DNA of 64,000 nucleotides from an uncultured candidate division Zixibacteria bacterium. Lineage in GTDB: Bacteria; Zixibacteria; MSB-5A5; GN15; FEB-12. The notes under the pieces are model-generated. The model ran no database searches and was not told the DNA's origin. It saw nothing but the letters and a program-made list of their open reading frames with translations. The stretch spans positions 1,664,001 through 1,728,000 of the forward strand of contig OY760907.1 in NCBI GenBank assembly GCA_963664195.1. Reading direction: 5' to 3'. The first letter of the stretch is position 1; each line of letters starts with the position of its first letter. The position numbers were made by a program, and so were the translations under genes. Positions 59,111 through 64,000 of this stretch are shown here, in pieces.

Positions 59111-60560
59111 GACCATCATCGAAAAGGAGTTTCGTGACCTGCTCGGCTCCACGAAATTCATCGTGACGTTTGCCGTGTGTGCCCTGCTGATTGTGATCGC
59201 CTTCTACACCGGTGCAGCCCGACACCGGATGTATCAGTCGCAATACGAGGCAGCCCAGGCTGAACGCGTCCGATCCATCGAAGGTCTCACCGATTGGCAT
59301 GATCTGGGCGACACGCGAGTGTTTATTCCGCCGCAACCTCTGGCCTCTCTCGTAACCGGTGTCTCTAACGATATCGAACGTACGGCCACCGTCGGCGGTC
59401 GAGGAGGGATCGGCACCGAGGACAGCAGATACAACGAAGACCCAGTGTTTGCGATATTCAGGTTCATTGATCTGGAGTTCGTTTTCAAAATCGTGCTGTC
59501 GCTGTTTGCAATCCTACTTGGATACAACGCTGTCAGCGGAGAGAAGGAGCGCGGCACGTTACGGTTGTCGTTCGCCAACCCGCTGCCAAGATCGACCTAC
59601 ATCCTCGGCAAACTGATCGGCAACGGTGTGGCCCTTTCGGCGGCGGTGCTTGTTGCGATCGGAGCGGGGACGTTGCTGTATCCGCTGATGGGTATACAAT
59701 TCTCCGGCCAGGAATGGCTCCGGTTGCTTCTTGTTGTTGGTGTCGGTTTGCTGTATTTCGGGGTGTTTCTCAACCTCTCGATATTCGTGTCGGCATCAAC
59801 CAAACATACTTCCAGCTCTTTCCTCGTTCTGCTGGTCATCTGGCTGATGTGTATTCATATTGTGCCGGGCGCTTCGGTACTTCTTGCCGCGCGTTCTGTG
59901 GATGTTCCGTCGACGGATGAGATCAGTTTTCAAAAGGCGACCCTCTCCGCCCAGCTTGCCGACGAGTTCCACGAGGGCATGGCGGCAATGGATATTGGCA
60001 ATGTCACCGCGGAGATGGACATTACGACCCTAATCAATTCACACATGGACTCCCTGAGTGAAGATCGCGATCGCAAAATGCAGGCGCTGGCCTCGCGGCT
60101 CGGAGAGGAACGCAAGAACGCCCAGCAGGAACAGGAATCACTGGCCTTTTCTCTGGCACGCATATCCCCGGCGACTTCATTGACCCTGGCGGCCTCACAC
60201 CTGGCAGGAACGTCGACACAACTCAAAAACCAGTTCGCTGCGGAAGCCAAACAGTTTCAGGGAGAGTACGCCGCTTTCATGAAGGAGAAGACCGGCCTTG
60301 CGACCGGCGGAGGGCTGGTCATACGAACTACCGAAACGACCATCGATGAGCACGGCAACATCGTTACCACACAGGGTATGGGTGACCGGGAAAAACCAGA
60401 GCAACTCGATTTCAAAGAGATCCCGGGATTCAAGTTCACCAACGCCAGCCTGTCCGAGTCGGTGGAACCTGCGATTGTCGATTTCGGACTACTTGCGATT
60501 TTCAATCTCTTGTTTTTTGCCTGTGCCTTTGTGGCCTTCAACCGGTATGACCTGAGATAG
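59103..60560 (+). CDS. ABC-2 (NosY-like) permease 1
   Basis: KEFRD, GEKERGTLRL..ANP..R..LGK, RYDLR. Confidence 0.88.
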   Translation: MLKTIIEKEFRDLLGSTKFIVTFAVCALLIVIAFYTGAARHRMYQSQYEAAQAERVRSIEGLTDWHDLGDTRVFIPPQPLASLVTGVSNDIERTATVGGRGGIGTEDSRYNEDPVFAIFRFIDLEFVFKIVLSLFAILLGYNAVSGEKERGTLRLSFANPLPRSTYILGKLIGNGVALSAAVLVAIGAGTLLYPLMGIQFSGQEWLRLLLVVGVGLLYFGVFLNLSIFVSASTKHTSSSFLVLLVIWLMCIHIVPGASVLLAARSVDVPSTDEISFQKATLSAQLADEFHEGMAAMDIGNVTAEMDITTLINSHMDSLSEDRDRKMQALASRLGEERKNAQQEQESLAFSLARISPATSLTLAASHLAGTSTQLKNQFAAEAKQFQGEYAAFMKEKTGLATGGGLVIRTTETTIDEHGNIVTTQGMGDREKPEQLDFKEIPGFKFTNASLSESVEPAIVDFGLLAIFNLLFFACAFVAFNRYDLR

Positions 60561-60635
60561 TATGCTGTTGAATTAGTCACACTGACAGACGAGTCTGTGG
60601 GCTTGTCGAAGTGTGGACCGATACTGGAGAGACAA

Positions 60636-62096
60636 ATGTTTGCAACAATGATACATAAAGAACTCCGCGGCATTATCAGCAGCCCGAAGTTCGTCGGGAC
60701 CTTCCTGGTGTGCACCGTGCTGATTCTCCTGTCCGTGTTCACGGGCATCAGGGAGTACCAGGCGCTATCGGATCAATACAGTGCGGCCTCGCAGTTGGTC
60801 GACTCGGAGTTGAGAGAAACGACCTCATGGGGGAGAATGTCGACCTCGGTCTACCGTGCCCCCGAACCAACCCGCATTTTCTCCGCCGGACTTGACTATG
60901 ACATAGGGCGACTGTCCGACGTCCGCGAAAGGGTCAGCCCCAAACTTGACAACAGTGCCTACTCTGACGATCCCATTTTCGCTGTGTTCAGGTTCGTAGA
61001 CTTCGCATTTATCACTCAGTTTATACTGACGCTGTTCGCAATTCTATTCACCTTCAATGCCATCAGCGGCGAGAGGGAAGACGGCACGCTGAAACTGATC
61101 TTTTCAAATCCCGTCCCGAGAGCGCGATACATTCTCACAAAGTGCCTGGGCGCCTGGCTGGGGCTGGTGGTGCCGATCAGCATACCGGTTCTTCTGGGTG
61201 TTCTAATGGTGGTCGTCTCCGGCGTGTCGATGGATGCAACTCAGTGGCTCAGGGTGGCGCTCATGTTAGGTCTGGCGTTGTTGTTGTTCACATTCTTTGT
61301 GGTGCTGGGCGTGTTTGTGTCGGCCCTGACGAGGCGATCTTCCGTATCATTCCTTGTGTCACTCGTACTCTGGATTGGCCTTGTCATGATCATTCCGAGA
61401 GTCGGCGTGATGGCGGCCGGGACAATGGTAAGCGTACCCCGTATGGCAGAGATCGAACAACAGATCGAGGGCTATTCGAGCGAACAATGGGATAAGCATT
61501 ACAACAATCTTGATAATAGCTGGACGACCTTCGAGAACGAGGGAGAGGAAGGTACGTGCAATGACGAAGCGCTCTGGAAAGTCATGCAGAGCCAGGACTC
61601 TTCTCGCAAAGCAGTCGAGGCGGACATTGAAAAGTACGATGCCCTTCTCCACGAGGACCTTCGCCAACGCAAGAATCGACAAGAGGTGCTGGCACTTACG
61701 CTCTCACGGTTCTCGCCTGCCTCAGCGTTTCAACTCGGAGCGATGCGGCTGGCTGGGACCGATCTGGAGGTGAAGAACAGGACAGTGGATGCAATCGGCC
61801 AATACCGCGAGGATTTCTACGAATATGTGGAAGAACGCAAAGAAGAGACCGGTGATCACGGTGGACTGATGATTGCCGTTACGGTTGATGAAAACGGTGC
61901 CGAGCAGATGTCGTTCGGCGGGAGTCGCGATCAGGGGCCGCTCGATGTAAGCGGCGTGCCGCGTTTCAGTCCCCCGGAGTTGACGCTTGCGGAGGCGGTT
62001 GGACCGGCGATTACTGATTTCGGTCTGCTTTCGGTCTACATCCTGATTGTGTTTGCCGGCGCGTTCATCGCCTTCCTGCGATACGACGTGCGGTAG
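60636..62096 (+). CDS. ABC-2 (NosY-like) permease 2
   Basis: Paralog of permease 1; GEREDGTLKL..SNP.PR, RYDVR. Confidence 0.88.
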   Translation: MFATMIHKELRGIISSPKFVGTFLVCTVLILLSVFTGIREYQALSDQYSAASQLVDSELRETTSWGRMSTSVYRAPEPTRIFSAGLDYDIGRLSDVRERVSPKLDNSAYSDDPIFAVFRFVDFAFITQFILTLFAILFTFNAISGEREDGTLKLIFSNPVPRARYILTKCLGAWLGLVVPISIPVLLGVLMVVVSGVSMDATQWLRVALMLGLALLLFTFFVVLGVFVSALTRRSSVSFLVSLVLWIGLVMIIPRVGVMAAGTMVSVPRMAEIEQQIEGYSSEQWDKHYNNLDNSWTTFENEGEEGTCNDEALWKVMQSQDSSRKAVEADIEKYDALLHEDLRQRKNRQEVLALTLSRFSPASAFQLGAMRLAGTDLEVKNRTVDAIGQYREDFYEYVEERKEETGDHGGLMIAVTVDENGAEQMSFGGSRDQGPLDVSGVPRFSPPELTLAEAVGPAITDFGLLSVYILIVFAGAFIAFLRYDVR

Positions 62097-62176
62097 CGGG
62101 ACAGAAAAGTGAGACGCGAGAGTAGCGAGACTTGAGAATAGAGAGAGTCTCAGGCACTCCAACTCTCTTCTCAAAG

Positions 62177-62224
62177 ACCGGTGGGGAACGCGTTCCGAAA
62201 GGACTCGTCCCTGCCGGTTCTTTT
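62177..62224 (+). terminator. Intrinsic terminator
   Basis: ACCGGTGGGGA...TCCCTGCCGGT followed by T-run. Confidence 0.6.
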
Positions 62225-62258
62225 GTTTGCGAGGAAATCCGACAATCCCAAGAATTCC

Positions 62259-62288
62259 TTGACAATTCCGGATACATGAGCCTATTAT
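62259..62288 (+). promoter_or_regulatory. Sigma70-type promoter
   Basis: TTGACA-18-TATTAT. Confidence 0.55.
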
Positions 62289-62296
62289 CCGATATC

Positions 62297-63412
62297 ATGA
62301 GACAACGACTAATCCTACTGTTGATCCTGGCAACCGCGCTACTTCAGCGGTCGTCGGCGTCTGCCGCAAGTCTGTTCAATGACACGACACGCGCCTATCT
62401 CGGCGAGTTTGAATTCGGCGTCCGCGACGACACGCTTACGATCACGTATGAATTCACTCCTAACGGATTCGACCCGGACTCCACGATTCTCGAGTTAGTA
62501 GAATACCGCGATTGGAACAGGGTGGTGTCTGCCGTGATCCATCGCCGAGGGGAGGGGGTACCGTTCGAGAACGGATGGCGTTCAGTCGCCAGAAGGGGAG
62601 GACGCACCTATCTTTCAGGAACGGTAACAGTTCCTGCCGATGAGCAGAGCGCGAAACGCATGTACGTAAGTACGGTCGGATTCTACAGAGATGAAAACGA
62701 CAGCCTCAGAACCGTCGAAACGTGGGGTGACTTAACAGACGATTACACGGTCGCCGGGATGGAGTGCATTCTACCTTCTTACGGATACTTCAGATCTGAT
62801 CTGACGGAGCCCTTTGATCACCGCGGTGCTTTTCTCGGTATGGGAGTATCCCTGGGGTTTGCTCAGCGACATACCAGATATCTCGTTTCGACCTCGTGGT
62901 CGGGCCTCGGACCGGACTTCACCTTCTCCGAACCGTTTCGTGCCGGCGTACGTTGGTATTCAGGTACTCGCAGCAACTTCATGCCACAGATCTTTGGAGC
63001 CGCAAAACTGTCCAAGTTGAAGTTCAGAGAGAGCGATGACCTGGAGTTCAATCGGACCCAATGGGGTGGGGAACTTGGATGCGCTCTCGAAGGCAGGTTC
63101 GAGAGATTCGGCTACTACTACTCCACTGCTCTCGGCGGCTATCACACCGCTGAGATCTACGTCAAGGGAGGTTCCGGCGCTCGCAACTCCATAGGTACTC
63201 GGTATCTGTTCCAGACAAACGGCGATGTCTGGATGGTACGGATTGCTCTGCATATTGAGGACTACGATGCGTATCGCCACTCGGAATACGAGAGGTACAA
63301 TGATCGTCCCTTACCCCACCGAGTGTTTTCGGTGTTGGGCGGAATACCAACCGCGATTATCGGGTTGCCGTTCTACGTCATCAACAAGGTAGCGGAGAAA
63401 TTTGAAAAGTGA
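62297..63412 (+). CDS. Exported hypothetical protein, possibly with a beta-barrel region
   Basis: Signal peptide from MRQRLILLLI; alternating aromatic/Gly strands. Confidence 0.65.
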   Translation: MRQRLILLLILATALLQRSSASAASLFNDTTRAYLGEFEFGVRDDTLTITYEFTPNGFDPDSTILELVEYRDWNRVVSAVIHRRGEGVPFENGWRSVARRGGRTYLSGTVTVPADEQSAKRMYVSTVGFYRDENDSLRTVETWGDLTDDYTVAGMECILPSYGYFRSDLTEPFDHRGAFLGMGVSLGFAQRHTRYLVSTSWSGLGPDFTFSEPFRAGVRWYSGTRSNFMPQIFGAAKLSKLKFRESDDLEFNRTQWGGELGCALEGRFERFGYYYSTALGGYHTAEIYVKGGSGARNSIGTRYLFQTNGDVWMVRIALHIEDYDAYRHSEYERYNDRPLPHRVFSVLGGIPTAIIGLPFYVINKVAEKFEK

Positions 63413-64000
63413 ACTCTGCCCAAATCATCCAAACCCTCCGGCGCGAAATCAAGAAACAGAGCACGCCGGCAAACCTGATGAACTATCAGCAGTTTCACAA
63501 AGAGAAACTTGCCGAACCGAAAGGACTTCGAACCCCCGTCCTGCGTAAGATTTCGACCGACGTCTTCAAGACGCTCAAAACGCTTCCGGCCAAGGACATC
63601 CTAGACATCGGCGACGCTCTCCACGAATCCGGTATGCGCTACGCGCGGTTCTTCGCCGTCGAGTGGGCAATCAAAGTCAAGAAGCACTACGCGCCCGGCG
63701 AGTTCAAACGGTTCGAGTTATGGCTCAAAAAGTACGTCAACAACTGGGGGGCCTGCGATCACCTGTGTTGTGGCCCTATCGGGAACTTGATCCTGCAATT
63801 CCCCGAACTGGAAAAGAAACGTGAACCGTGGACCCGCTCCAAAAAGCTCTACGTCAGGCGCGCCTCGGCAGTCAGCCTCATCGTCCCGGTGAGCAATAGA
63901 ATCTTGTTGAGCGAGGTCTTCCAAACCGCTGACGTCTTGCTCATGGACCGGGAAGACCTGGTGCAGAAGGGGTACGGCTGGATGCTCAAGGAAGCGGCAA
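63409..64000 (+). CDS. AlkD-like DNA alkylation repair protein; 3' end outside window
   Basis: GLRTP, NNWGACD, W..S...VRRAS, DLVQKGYGWMLKE. Confidence 0.88.
   Translation, partial: MNSAQIIQTLRREIKKQSTPANLMNYQQFHKEKLAEPKGLRTPVLRKISTDVFKTLKTLPAKDILDIGDALHESGMRYARFFAVEWAIKVKKHYAPGEFKRFELWLKKYVNNWGACDHLCCGPIGNLILQFPELEKKREPWTRSKKLYVRRASAVSLIVPVSNRILLSEVFQTADVLLMDREDLVQKGYGWMLKEAA

Noticed and set aside
62103..62150. GAGA-rich heptamer-like repeats
   Set aside because: Too short and degenerate to assign

Overview
Bacterial chromosomal window. The paired C-terminal dockerin-like tails and secreted repeat proteins suggest candidate phylum Zixibacteria (inference). Backbone: secreted PD40/FG-GAP and tail-fibre-like proteins; a SulP/two-component/ClC cluster; a sigma54-controlled Hmc/Tmc-like membrane redox operon whose NrfD subunit is fused to a hexaheme class III cytochrome; an HMG-CoA-lyase/CoA-transferase/LeuCD-like operon; a metal ABC operon; and an OmpR-type two-component system facing a PDZ/NEW3/ABC-2 operon. 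The most unusual part is 29.3-40.7 kb. It holds two diverged REP-associated tyrosine transposases, each in an identical 629-bp REP-tnpA-REP unit with its own covarying GTGG-footed hairpins. One unit has a passenger gene between REPs; the other is flanked by 125-bp REP doublets and a duplicated promoter. The second promoter copy precedes an uncalled 44-codon Trp-rich ORF, a SPASM-less radical SAM enzyme and a 3-TM protein split by an IS256 element. A second (GTAG) REP family, an inverted HEPN-like relic inside an epimerase gene, an orphan dockerin-like relic and several pseudogenes are also present. No rRNA, tRNA or CRISPR array was seen. All family assignments are from motif recognition by eye, not database searches.
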